From: Leptolyngbyaceae cyanobacterium
Lineage (GTDB): Bacteria > Cyanobacteriota > Cyanobacteriia > Phormidesmidales > Phormidesmidaceae
Reading direction: 5' to 3'
Length of the DNA: 64,000 bases
Assembly (NCBI GenBank): GCA_965263355.1
Contig: CBDHHL010000032.1
Span: forward strand, 1,120,001-1,184,000
Of this stretch, positions 38,128 through 47,827 are shown in pieces. Numbering within the stretch: the stretch's first letter is position 1; each line of letters begins with the position of its first letter. The notes beneath the pieces are model-generated. The model worked only from the letters and a program-made list of their open reading frames with translations. It did no database searches and was not told the DNA's origin. A program made the translations under genes and the position numbers.

Positions 38128-41100
38128 TTATTCAACTGCCCCTAATGCTTTGAGTGCCGATTTTTGGGCCTCGGTTAATCCGGTGACATTGGCAATCTGC
38201 ATACCGGCGTAGGGTTTCAAAATATGAAAGGTAGAAAGGCGGGTGCCACTTTCCACATCCCAGAGGGTGATTTTCTCGTCCTCACCGCTGCAGGCCAACA
38301 GATGTCCGTTAGGATGAAGCGCCATAGACCATAGGGGAGCTTCGTGGGTAAGTACTTGCAGACATTCCCCTGTTTGCACATCCCAAATGCGGGCAGTGCC
38401 GTCATGGCTGGCACTGGCAATCAAGTGCCCATCTGGATGAATGGTCATGGCATATACCCAGCCGGTATGACCAGTGAGGGTACGGAAGCATTCGCTTGAT
38501 TGCAAATTCCATAGTTTAATGGTGCGATCGCCACTAGCACTAGCTAACCAAGTCTCAGGTAGATCATCCAAGGTAGCTCCAGACTGAGACGGACTAAACG
38601 CCACCGCATACATCCAATCGGTATGCTCCTGCAGCGTTTGGACGCATTCCCCAGATTCCACATCCCAAAGCTTGATCATATGATCAGCCCCAGCACTGGC
38701 CAGCTGTCGTCCATCGGGACTAAAGGCCACGGCCCAAACTTGGTTAGCATGTCCTGGCAGCTGCTGACAGCATTGCCCTGTGGTCAAATCCCAAATCCGC
38801 ACCACCGGTTGAATGCTGCCACTCGCTAATAGCTTTCCTTGGGGATGAAATGCTACACCATGGACCCACCCTGCCCGACCATCCAAAATTTGAATACTTC
38901 GGCCAGTGTCCCCATCCCACAGTCGAATGGTTTGATCAAATCCCCCTGTTGCTAGGATGGTTTGCAAGGTGCCGGACAGTTGCTGCTGAGCCACGGCCCA
39001 AACCCCACTGCTATGCCCTTCTAATGTCTTTAAACATTTGCCTGTCCGACTATCCCAAAGACGAATCAGGCTATCATCCCCGCCGCTAACCAGGGTGAAA
39101 TCATCATCACAAAAGGTGAGCGACCGAATGCAGTTGGTATATCCCTGCAGCGTTTGGACACATTGCTGTGTCTCCATATCCCACAACCGAATGGTTTGAT
39201 CAAAGCCACCGCTGGCTAACCTCTGCCCATCGGGACTAAAGCCCACTGCCCAGATTTGATCGGTGTGTCCTAGCAATGTGGCCAGACAGCTTTCGTTTTG
39301 GACATCCCACAAGCGCACCGTTTGATCATTACTGCCACTGGCGAGCATCTGTCCATCGGGGCTAAAGGCAATTGCCCAGATTTGATCGGTATGGGCCATC
39401 AACGTACTTAAGCATTGGCCCGTTTCAAGATCCCATAGACGAATCGTTTGGTCAGCTCCAGCGCTAGCAAGCATCTCTTGAGTGGGGTGTAGGGTAACGG
39501 ACCAAACCGGAGCCTGATGACCTTGAAAAACGGTAACACAGTCTCCTGAGTCCACATCCCACCAACGCACTACCTGAGCGGCATGCCCCGTGGCCAAATG
39601 AGTTCCCCTCGGATTAAAGGCTACAGAACGGACCAATCCCCCCTGGCTCTCCAGGGTGTGTAAACATTCGCCAGTTGTAGCATCCCACAGCTTGGCCGTT
39701 TGGTCTTCGCTGCCGCTAGCTACCCGCTGTCCATCGGGGCTAAAGGCCACGGACCACACCACGCTGGTGTGATCCTGCAGTATTTTCAAACATTGGCCTG
39801 AGGGTACATCCCAAAGCCGCACCGTATAGTCAACGCTGCCACTGACCAGGGTTTTGCCATCGGGGCTAAAGGCGATGGACCACACCCATCCCTTATGGCC
39901 CTGCAACGTCATCAGAGGTTGTCCATCAGTAACACGCCAAATCTGAACGTTGTAATTGTTGTCTCCCATCGCCAGGAGTGTCCCATCGGGACTAAAGGCA
40001 ATGGATAGAGCACTGCCAAAGGCCTGGGTAAACACCGACCTTACAAATTGTGCATGGGAAACATCGAGTTGGTGAAGCGTTGTTCCCTGAAGATAGGCCT
40101 GACGAATAGTGAGCTGGGAAAAATCTAAGTTGCTGGTGTCTAACTGGTTTTGACAGCAAAGATTGAGCAAATTCCCGCCGGCGTAGCTGGCACGATGAAC
40201 TTCGGTGTCGTGAATAGCCGTTAAAATCTGCTGAATTTGTTGCGTTAGGGCTATGGATGATGATGCTTGATTAACCTGCTCAAGGATGGGTTGCAAAATC
40301 AGGCGACATTGACTTTCACGAATAAAGTCTTGAACTGTTGCTTTGATGAGGGCATAGGCCGAGAGATGTGGCAGTTCAGCTGCAGCCTCCCTAAGTGTTT
40401 CGTCAAAATAGCTAATATCCAAAAGTTCATCGCTGACGGCTTCGATCAAACAGACCGTGACATATTCCATGACAACGGATTGTTGGGTGTAGGTATTACC
40501 CCGGCGTTCAATTAGCGATCGCCAACAGAGCGACTCTAGGGTTTCCAACAACAGTCGTTTAGAACACCGAGGATAAATATCAGCCCTCAGCTCTGGAATG
40601 CTGGTCCACTCCCGGTTAATCGCCAGCCAATACATCACCGTCTTTTCTAGAGGACTGAGCCGATCAAATTGTCGATCAAGTAGCTTTTTTGCGCCGTTAA
40701 ATAGAAGGGTATCCTCTTCTAAAAAAAGAGAGATGTCTCCGGAAAACACATCCCGTATCGAACCGCCGACAATTTGCAATGCCAAAGGGCTATATCCATA
40801 TCGTTTCCCCAGTTGTTCTTTTTGCACCTGGGTACCGACCAGTTGCTTAGCGTCTAGTACTGCCAGAGCGGCTTCGGGAGAACCAGCAACTTGGAGCGAT
40901 CGCACCGACTGGTTGATGCTTTCAAATGTCGAAATTTCAGCCGGTTTTTCACGACTTGTGATCATCAGGCAGCTCTGATGATTTGCCTGTCCCACCACTT
41001 GAATCAATTCACCGTAGTTTTCATAGCCGTCTCGAAACTGTCCGGCGCGTTCGCCTCCCTTGAGGATGGTTTCGCAATTATCCAAAACTACCAGACACCG

Positions 41101-42378
41101 GGATTGTCGTAGCCAGTGCATCAAGCGGTTTGTGGAACAGGCAGTGTCCTGTTGATTTGACAAAAAAGGAATTAAATCATTGAGTAACGTTTCTAGGGGC
41201 GGCGCATTGCGAAGCGATCGCCAAATCAGGTGGTCAAATTCCCCTTGTAGTTCCTGAGCTATTTTGGCAACTAGTGCCGTTTTACCAATGCCCCCCATTC
41301 CCAGCACGGCGGTCAGTCGACAGGAGTTTTCAACAATCCATCGCCGCAACTGAGCCAGTTCATCCGTGCGACCGTAGAAGAACTCAATGTCAGGGGCTTC
41401 GCCCCAGTCAATAGACGTCTTTGCCTGGGGCAAGGCTCGATCATCTTTGATATTGAGCCCTTGATCTGAGGAGGACTCGTTGCTATCTGTAGCTACATTG
41501 GATTCTGAGAACAAGGTAGCTGTGGTAGCCTCGGAAGTAGGCGTTTCCCAGCCTGGTACCACGATATCGGTATCCGAAAACTCTCTTGTCGGTAAACTAT
41601 CTGAAATTTGGCTGGTAACTACCTGGGGGGTATCGTCTAGTGTGAGTAACTCTTCATACAAGCTGCAGGTACTAGGACTGGGTGGCATGCCCAATTCCTC
41701 TTGCAGTAAAGTCATGCATTGATGATAGATACGCATGGCAGTGGCGCGATCACCCTTTTGGGCATGCAGCTGCATGAGGTGACAATAGGCCAGCTCTGAG
41801 AGTGGATCTAACTCACATAATTGCTGCGCATATTCAATGGCTGAACTCAGCTGGCCTTGTTCTGTTAGCTGGGTAATCAAGGTATCCAGTGCTTTGATTG
41901 CTTGCTGTCGCATGCGATCGCGATAGGGCTCAATCCAGTCGTCATAACACTCTGGCAATAAATCTCCCTGGTAGAGTTTAGCGGCTTGCTTCAAGTCTTT
42001 GAGGGAACTGGTTTGAAATACTTGTTCGTTGATTACTTGTTCGTTTATCAGTGCTTCAAAACGGTCTATATCTAACGCACACCCCTTACCCATGACCCAC
42101 TGAACCGTTTTAGGCTTAACCTGCAGCCAGCGTTCGCTCTCAGGGATATGTTGCTTCAGTTCATGCAATCGTCGTCTTAAGTTGGCTTTAGCGTTAGTAT
42201 CCGTTGCGTCAGGCCAAAGAGTTGCCGCTATTTGCTGTCGAGATAGTGGTTCATCTCGATGCAGTAAAATAAATGCCAATAATGCCTGTAAGCGTTCAGA
42301 CTTTACCCCACTGATGGGCACAGTATCAGCACTGAGGGAAAACTTGCCCAATAGTTGAATCTGCAGTTGGGTAGACAC
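38128..42378 (-). CDS. SARP/AfsR-type regulator: wHTH-BTAD + NB-ARC (STAND) ATPase + pentapeptide + WD40 repeats
   Basis: IQLLGKF, LLAFILLH, LWPD, LYQGDLL and LDPLSE (BTAD). DWGEAP, Walker A GMGGIGKT, Walker B LVVLDN and ITSRE. About 14 WD40 repeats and a C-terminal PYAGMQI...LKALGAVE. Confidence 0.93.
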   Translation of the reverse strand: MSTQLQIQLLGKFSLSADTVPISGVKSERLQALLAFILLHRDEPLSRQQIAATLWPDATDTNAKANLRRRLHELKQHIPESERWLQVKPKTVQWVMGKGCALDIDRFEALINEQVINEQVFQTSSLKDLKQAAKLYQGDLLPECYDDWIEPYRDRMRQQAIKALDTLITQLTEQGQLSSAIEYAQQLCELDPLSELAYCHLMQLHAQKGDRATAMRIYHQCMTLLQEELGMPPSPSTCSLYEELLTLDDTPQVVTSQISDSLPTREFSDTDIVVPGWETPTSEATTATLFSESNVATDSNESSSDQGLNIKDDRALPQAKTSIDWGEAPDIEFFYGRTDELAQLRRWIVENSCRLTAVLGMGGIGKTALVAKIAQELQGEFDHLIWRSLRNAPPLETLLNDLIPFLSNQQDTACSTNRLMHWLRQSRCLVVLDNCETILKGGERAGQFRDGYENYGELIQVVGQANHQSCLMITSREKPAEISTFESINQSVRSLQVAGSPEAALAVLDAKQLVGTQVQKEQLGKRYGYSPLALQIVGGSIRDVFSGDISLFLEEDTLLFNGAKKLLDRQFDRLSPLEKTVMYWLAINREWTSIPELRADIYPRCSKRLLLETLESLCWRSLIERRGNTYTQQSVVMEYVTVCLIEAVSDELLDISYFDETLREAAAELPHLSAYALIKATVQDFIRESQCRLILQPILEQVNQASSSIALTQQIQQILTAIHDTEVHRASYAGGNLLNLCCQNQLDTSNLDFSQLTIRQAYLQGTTLHQLDVSHAQFVRSVFTQAFGSALSIAFSPDGTLLAMGDNNYNVQIWRVTDGQPLMTLQGHKGWVWSIAFSPDGKTLVSGSVDYTVRLWDVPSGQCLKILQDHTSVVWSVAFSPDGQRVASGSEDQTAKLWDATTGECLHTLESQGGLVRSVAFNPRGTHLATGHAAQVVRWWDVDSGDCVTVFQGHQAPVWSVTLHPTQEMLASAGADQTIRLWDLETGQCLSTLMAHTDQIWAIAFSPDGQMLASGSNDQTVRLWDVQNESCLATLLGHTDQIWAVGFSPDGQRLASGGFDQTIRLWDMETQQCVQTLQGYTNCIRSLTFCDDDFTLVSGGDDSLIRLWDSRTGKCLKTLEGHSSGVWAVAQQQLSGTLQTILATGGFDQTIRLWDGDTGRSIQILDGRAGWVHGVAFHPQGKLLASGSIQPVVRIWDLTTGQCCQQLPGHANQVWAVAFSPDGRQLASAGADHMIKLWDVESGECVQTLQEHTDWMYAVAFSPSQSGATLDDLPETWLASASGDRTIKLWNLQSSECFRTLTGHTGWVYAMTIHPDGHLIASASHDGTARIWDVQTGECLQVLTHEAPLWSMALHPNGHLLACSGEDEKITLWDVESGTRLSTFHILKPYAGMQIANVTGLTEAQKSALKALGAVE

Positions 42379-42403
42379 AGGAAATGTGGGTAGACACAGG
42401 AAA
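42368..42403. repeat. 17-bp direct duplication spanning the regulator start codon
   Basis: TGGGTAGACACAGGAAA at 42368-42384 and 42387-42403. Confidence 0.85.
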
Positions 42404-42636
42404 CTTAAAAAGCAGCCTGAAGCAGCTGTCAGCGTAAATAAATTTCGTTTTATTCTATCGTGCTACTTTTGTATACCTCAAATACCCCTAAAAAACTTAA
42501 GATAATACTTTTCTACGTTCTAATCAGAACCATTTTGATTGCTGATAACGGTTTACGCCCCGTTGATTATGGGTATTGATTACGATGCAAAGTGATTAGA
42601 TTAAACTAGGGATATTGTTCAGTTGATAAATAAGCC

Positions 42637-42690
42637 ATGGTGGCTGCTAAGGAAAAATTCCCACAGATGACGCCCAAGGAGTATTTTGCC
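42637..42690 (+). pseudogene. N-terminal stub of a Uma2-family gene
   Basis: MVAAKEKFPQMTPKEYFA resembles the MTPEEY start of cyanobacterial Uma2 proteins. It joins the Dcm fragment abruptly. Confidence 0.55.
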
Positions 42691-43538
42691 CACATACAAA
42701 TGTCCTAACAGAGGATATACGTCAGCTTACTGGCCCAAGATTGCTTCAACAAGCTGGTCTTAAGCGTGGTGAGTTAGATTTATTAACTGGGTGTCCTCCA
42801 TGTCAAGGGTTTTCAACATTGCGGACTAAGCGGCGTAATCAAAAAAATGATGATCAGAGGAATGACCTAATTCGGGAAGTCTTACGTTTAGTTCGTTCTA
42901 TGCGACCAAGATCCGTTCTCATAGAGAATGTTCCAGGTTTAGCGAAAGATCGGAGATTTGCAGATTTTAGAAAAGGCTTGAAAAAATCTGGTTATTTTTC
43001 AGACTATGAAATTCTAAATGCGGCAGACTTTGGTGTTCCACAACGTCGTCGTCGTTTAGTACTTGTTGCCTTTCGAGGTATGGATGTGCCCAGTGGTTGG
43101 TCTTGTTACAAATCCGCCGAGAAGCATGTCAGGCAGACTATTTCTCATTTGTCTACCTCAGCTGGCTCTAGTGGAGATCCGCTACATGATATTCCAGAAC
43201 GAAGAACACCAGCTATGATGGCCAGAATAAAAGCTACTCCCAAAGATGGTGGTAGTCGCAAAGATTTACCTCCAGAAATGCAGTGTGAATGTCATATTCG
43301 TGGAGATGGATATTTTGATGTTTATGGAAGGATGGCATGGGATGATATTGCTCCTACTATTACTAGTGGATGTAGTAATCCTTCTAAGGGACGATTTTTG
43401 CATCCTGAGGAGGATCGAGCAATCATTCTCCGAGAAGCTGCACTGCTACAAACATTTCCAATAAATTATAAGTTTTGTCTTGAACGCGGGAAGGATCATG
43501 TCTTGAATCTAATAATGTTTCTAAGGAATTTAGTGTAG
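42690..43538 (+). pseudogene. DNA (cytosine-5) methyltransferase truncated at both ends
   Basis: EDI, motif IV GCPPCQGFS, VI ENV, VIII GVPQRRRR, TRD YGR..PTIT and IX REAALLQTFP are present. Motif I FxGxGG and motif X GNAV are absent. Confidence 0.85.
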
Positions 43539-44086
43539 TGGTTCAAAGAGGTGGAACTGCAATCCGCTCCAATCAACTTTATCGAGATATCAAAGCTTTT
43601 GCTAACTCTGGGAGAAAAAATATTTTTATTATTTTTGATGGTGATCATTATCCTGAAAGAGTTATTCCAGAAGATGGTCTCTTGCCACAAGGTGAAAAGG
43701 AAATAAAGGGTCTGATTAACGATATTACAAAAGGTAATAATTCTAAAGGTCCTAATCTAAACTTTGAAGATGTAGATGATATGACACGCTACATTCAATT
43801 TTTTCGACAGTTTATTTATTTCCTCCCGGCCCGTACGCCTGAGGAATTGGTTTGGAATAATGATGTTGCAAAAGAACTCTTAAAAAAAGAAGTTCCCAAG
43901 AGCATTTTAGGGGTAAAAAGTTATAAACAAAAAATCGCTATGCTTGCAGATATACTTCCAGGAGTCGATCCTGAAGCAGTGTTTCAATTTCTACTGTTAG
44001 GTTTCCTGAGTCGAGATAGTGAGCTCAAGTCAGAACTCATGGAACGTATTCAAGAGATTCGCTCATATCTTGCTACCAAATTGTAG
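43502..44086 (+). pseudogene. C-terminal fragment of a probable OLD/TOPRIM-type ATP-dependent nuclease
   Basis: GG...IFIIFDGD (TOPRIM DxD-like) and LP..TPEE. The frame is open upstream of the GTG to the Dcm junction, and there is no ATPase domain. AT-rich. Confidence 0.5.
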
Positions 44087-44669
44087 CCATTGTTATTATT
44101 AGTCCTGAAAGTTCTGGATCGCTTTTAACTATATCGGGGTTTGCCAAAACCTCAACAGGGTGTTTTGGACGATAGACATATACAGTTTTATTTTCTCGGT
44201 CAATCAAAAAGCCTAAGCGTAGGCCATTTTCAATATACTCCTGCATTTTCTCCTGCAGGCTTTTTAAGGTGTCGCTAGCAGAGCGTAGCTCGATAACAAA
44301 ATCTGGACAAATGGGAGCAAAAGATTTTTGTTGTTCAGGGGTGAGTGCATTCCAGCGCTCTAATCGAATCCATGAGATGTCGGGTGAGCGAGTGGCACCA
44401 TTGGGTAATGTGAAACCACTAGACGAATCAAATCCTATCCCCGTGCCATCTTTATCAGCCCATTTACCCACCTCAACAGCCAACTTAAAGTTTGAAGCGC
44501 ATGTATCTGAAAAAGCGGGCGGAGTCACAATAATTTTCCCTTGGGCTGTGCGCTCAATGCGCAACTCTCGATTGGCAAGGCAGAAGTCGATAAAATCCTG
44601 CTCGGTTGCTATTGTAGGCAGCTCGATAGTTAAGGGCGTATTAAATGAAGTGACTTGTAGCGTACTCAT
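44073..44669 (-). CDS. Uma2-family (PDDEXK) endonuclease
   Basis: FDSSSGFTLPNGATRSPDISW, PDFVIELRS and KMQEYIENGLRLGFLID. Confidence 0.92.
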   Translation of the reverse strand: MSTLQVTSFNTPLTIELPTIATEQDFIDFCLANRELRIERTAQGKIIVTPPAFSDTCASNFKLAVEVGKWADKDGTGIGFDSSSGFTLPNGATRSPDISWIRLERWNALTPEQQKSFAPICPDFVIELRSASDTLKSLQEKMQEYIENGLRLGFLIDRENKTVYVYRPKHPVEVLANPDIVKSDPELSGLIITMATIW

Positions 44670-44725
44670 AACTTGACTTTGCCTAATAAACTATCAAACG
44701 ACCTACCCATAGATTAGCTCAAAAT

Positions 44726-44756
44726 AAAAAGCCCCCACCCGTAGGCAGGGACTTTT
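44726..44756 (-). terminator. probable terminator after pgk
   Basis: AAAAGTCCCTGCC-loop-GGTGGGGGCTTTTT on the minus strand. Confidence 0.6.
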
Positions 44757-44800
44757 CTTAAAGTCCTTCTTCCCAAAAGAAAAAGGCTTCAGAATGAGGC

Positions 44801-46009
44801 TTACTTGTCATCTAGAGCAGCAATGCCAGGAAGAGTCTTACCTTCTAACAACTCAAGGCTGGCACCACCACCCGTAGAAATATGGCTCATCTTGTCAGCA
44901 ACGCCTACTTTTTCCACAGCGGCAACGGAGTCACCACCACCGATGATGGACATGCAGCCATTGTTGGTCGTGATTTCAGACAGAGTGTTGGCAACTGCTT
45001 CGGTACCCTTAGCAAACTTGTCAAACTCAAATACACCCATGGGGCCATTCCAGATAACGCCCTTACAATCAGCCAGAGCAGCTTGGAATACCTTGATGGA
45101 ATCAGGGCCAATGTCTAGACCCATCCAGCCATCGGGAATCGCTTCAACACTAACGATTTGATCATTAGCATCGGGAGCAAAGTTGTCAGCAACAACAACA
45201 TCAGTGGGAAGCAACAGCTCAACACCCTTTTCTTTGGCTTTAGCCTCAAGCTCCTTGGCTAGCTCTAGCTTATCTTCTTCAACCAAAGACTTACCCACAT
45301 CAAGACCACGGGCCTTGTAGAACGTGAAGATCATGCCGCCGCCGATAAACAGCTTATCTACTTTTTCAAGTAGAGTTTCGATCACACCAATCTTGGAGGA
45401 AACTTTGGACCCCCCGACAATGGCAGCAAAGGGACGCTGGGGATTGTCCACAGCGCTCTGTAGATACTGAAGTTCTTTCTCGATTAGCAGACCGCTAACG
45501 GAGGGGCTGAGATACTCAGTTACACCAGCAGTGGACGCGTGGGCACGGTGGGCAGTACCAAATGCATCGTTGACATATAGCTCAGCAACGGAAGCCAGAT
45601 TCTTAGCAAACTCAGGATCGTTGTCAGTTTCACCATTGTAGAAACGCACGTTCTCAAGTAAAGCAACCTGACCGTCAGCCATACCATCGACGGCAGCCTT
45701 AACGTCATCGCCAATGCAGTCGTTACACTTGATCACGTCCTGGCCCAATAGCTCAGATAGACGAATGGCAACAGGAGTTAGACGCATACTGTCAACGACC
45801 TTGCCCTTGGGGCGACCGAAGTGGCTGCACAAAATTACCTTGGCACCCTTGCTGGTTAATGCTTGGATGGTGGGCAGAGCAGCGCGAATCCGAGTATCGT
45901 CAGTAATTGTGCCTTGGTCATCTAAAGGCACGTTAAAATCTGCGCGCATCAGAACGCGCTTGCCTGACAGGTCAGCCGCTGACAAATCGGTGACGGATTT
46001 CTTGGCCAC
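44801..46009 (-). CDS. pgk: phosphoglycerate kinase
   Basis: [46 protein letters not shown] and [10 protein letters not shown]. Confidence 0.99.
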   Translation of the reverse strand: MAKKSVTDLSAADLSGKRVLMRADFNVPLDDQGTITDDTRIRAALPTIQALTSKGAKVILCSHFGRPKGKVVDSMRLTPVAIRLSELLGQDVIKCNDCIGDDVKAAVDGMADGQVALLENVRFYNGETDNDPEFAKNLASVAELYVNDAFGTAHRAHASTAGVTEYLSPSVSGLLIEKELQYLQSAVDNPQRPFAAIVGGSKVSSKIGVIETLLEKVDKLFIGGGMIFTFYKARGLDVGKSLVEEDKLELAKELEAKAKEKGVELLLPTDVVVADNFAPDANDQIVSVEAIPDGWMGLDIGPDSIKVFQAALADCKGVIWNGPMGVFEFDKFAKGTEAVANTLSEITTNNGCMSIIGGGDSVAAVEKVGVADKMSHISTGGGASLELLEGKTLPGIAALDDK

Positions 46010-46187
46010 AGAACTATCCTCCTTATCTCCTAATGCAGTTTTGTTACGTTACGTACGCCCCACTTCAAAGCTAGGACAAGCTTGATTACCCTAGGTGTAA
46101 AGCGTTGATACATTTTCTTTACTCAATAGGTATTATCGCTTATTGCGGTTCTGATTTTTGATCGAAGTCTAGGGTTTTCCCACGCTT

Positions 46188-46592
46188 ATGTTTAAGACCG
46201 TTCTATTTCCAATAGATGCTAGTCCAGAAGCGCAACAGGCGGCTTTGAAAGCAGCGGAGTTGGTGAAATATCATCAAAGTCATTTGATTTTGCTATCGGT
46301 CGTTGAGACTCAAACTGGGTCCAATGCGCATCCCGAGCAAACATCCCCTGAGGCGGTGGCTCAGCTTTTAGAGAAGGCCAAGACTGTATTTACTCAGCAG
46401 GGCATTGATACAGAAGCGATTGAGCGCGAGGGCAATCCCGCGTTTGTGATCTGTGATGTTGCAGATGAGAAGTCAGCAGATCTGATCGTGATGGGCTGTC
46501 GCGGTATTGGGTTAACCCCTGAAGGGCAGTCAGAAAGTGTGAGTAATCGGGTGATTAATTTGTCGCCTTGTCCGGTGATGGTGGTGCCGTAG
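46188..46592 (+). CDS. universal stress protein
   Basis: MFKTVLFPID, ADLIVMGCRG and SVSNRVINLSPCPV. Confidence 0.93.
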   Translation: MFKTVLFPIDASPEAQQAALKAAELVKYHQSHLILLSVVETQTGSNAHPEQTSPEAVAQLLEKAKTVFTQQGIDTEAIEREGNPAFVICDVADEKSADLIVMGCRGIGLTPEGQSESVSNRVINLSPCPVMVVP

Positions 46593-46639
46593 GTGTGGCT
46601 GACCGCTAAAATAGGTTGCCGATCTCAATCATCTTTGCC

Positions 46640-47551
46640 ATGTCTTCGCCATCTATTCAGTGGTATCCCGGCCATATTGCTAAGGCGGAGCGTGCTTTGA
46701 AGGAGCAGCTAAAGCGGGTGGATGTGGTGCTGGAGGTGCGGGATGCTCGAATTCCCCTGGCTACGCACCATCCTGAGGTGGATGGATGGATTGGGGATAA
46801 GGCTCGGGTGCTGGTGCTAAACCGGGTAGATATGATTTCACCGGAAGCACGGCAGGTGTGGCAGGCTTGGTTTAAGTCCCAGGGGCAGGCTGCCTACTTT
46901 ACCAATGCGAAGCAAGGTAAGGGGGTGCAAAATCTGCTGCGGGCGGCACAGGATGCGGGCAAGGCGATGAATGAACGACGTCAACGTCGGGGAATGAAGC
47001 CACGACCGGTAAGGGCGGTGGTAATTGGTTTTCCTAATGTAGGGAAGTCGGCGCTGATTAATCGTTTGCTAAAGCGTAAGGTGGTGGTCAGTGAACGGCG
47101 GGCTGGGGTGACGCGGCAACTGCGGTGGGTACGTATTTCGAATGAAATTGAGCTATTGGATGCGCCAGGGATTATTCCCTTGAAGCTAAACGATCAGCAG
47201 ATGGCGCTAAAGCTGGCGATTTGTGATGATATTGGCAATGCCGCCTATGATACGCAGCGGGTGGCTGCTGCCTTTGTTGATTTGGTGAAGGAGCTAGATC
47301 AGCAGATTGAGGTTTATGGAAGTGCGATCGCTCCAACACTGATTAGTCAGTTCGCATCCCGCTACGATACGGCGTTAACCTCTGACACTGGCGAAGACTA
47401 TACCGGTGAGACGTATCTCACCCTGTTAGCCCAGCGACATAATGATGATTTAGAACGAGCGGCCCATCAATTGCTCAATGACTTTCGTAAAGGCAACCTG
47501 GGTAATCTTGTGCTGGAGCTACCGCCGATCGAAGCCGTTGAAGTAACGTAA
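46640..47551 (+). CDS. ylqF: ribosome biogenesis GTPase RbgA/YlqF
   Basis: IQWYPGH, EVRDARIP, GFPNVGKS, GVTR and LLDAPG. Confidence 0.95.
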   Translation: MSSPSIQWYPGHIAKAERALKEQLKRVDVVLEVRDARIPLATHHPEVDGWIGDKARVLVLNRVDMISPEARQVWQAWFKSQGQAAYFTNAKQGKGVQNLLRAAQDAGKAMNERRQRRGMKPRPVRAVVIGFPNVGKSALINRLLKRKVVVSERRAGVTRQLRWVRISNEIELLDAPGIIPLKLNDQQMALKLAICDDIGNAAYDTQRVAAAFVDLVKELDQQIEVYGSAIAPTLISQFASRYDTALTSDTGEDYTGETYLTLLAQRHNDDLERAAHQLLNDFRKGNLGNLVLELPPIEAVEVT

Positions 47552-47827
47552 TCTATTGTTAAAGGTGCCTAGCATATTCTTAGTCTACATGCCAAGTTGT
47601 CGATGTAAATATTTGGCGAAGATTAAATCTCATCAAGTGTTGGGAGTTTGCTACTGAGATAGTATTCGGATCAAACGGGAAAGCTTGATGGATAGTTCTA
47701 GTTCTATCCTTAAGGCGGCAAAACTACTGCTGAGTCGATAGGAGAACTGCCGTAATGTCATTTCCCTTACGAAAGTGGTGGCTTTACTGATTGTAGCTAG
47801 TCTGTGGATATCCCAAAATCCAAGAAT

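Noticed and set aside
42741..43538. Functional restriction-modification methylase
   Set aside because: SAM-binding motif I and motif X are missing, and there is no cognate endonuclease.
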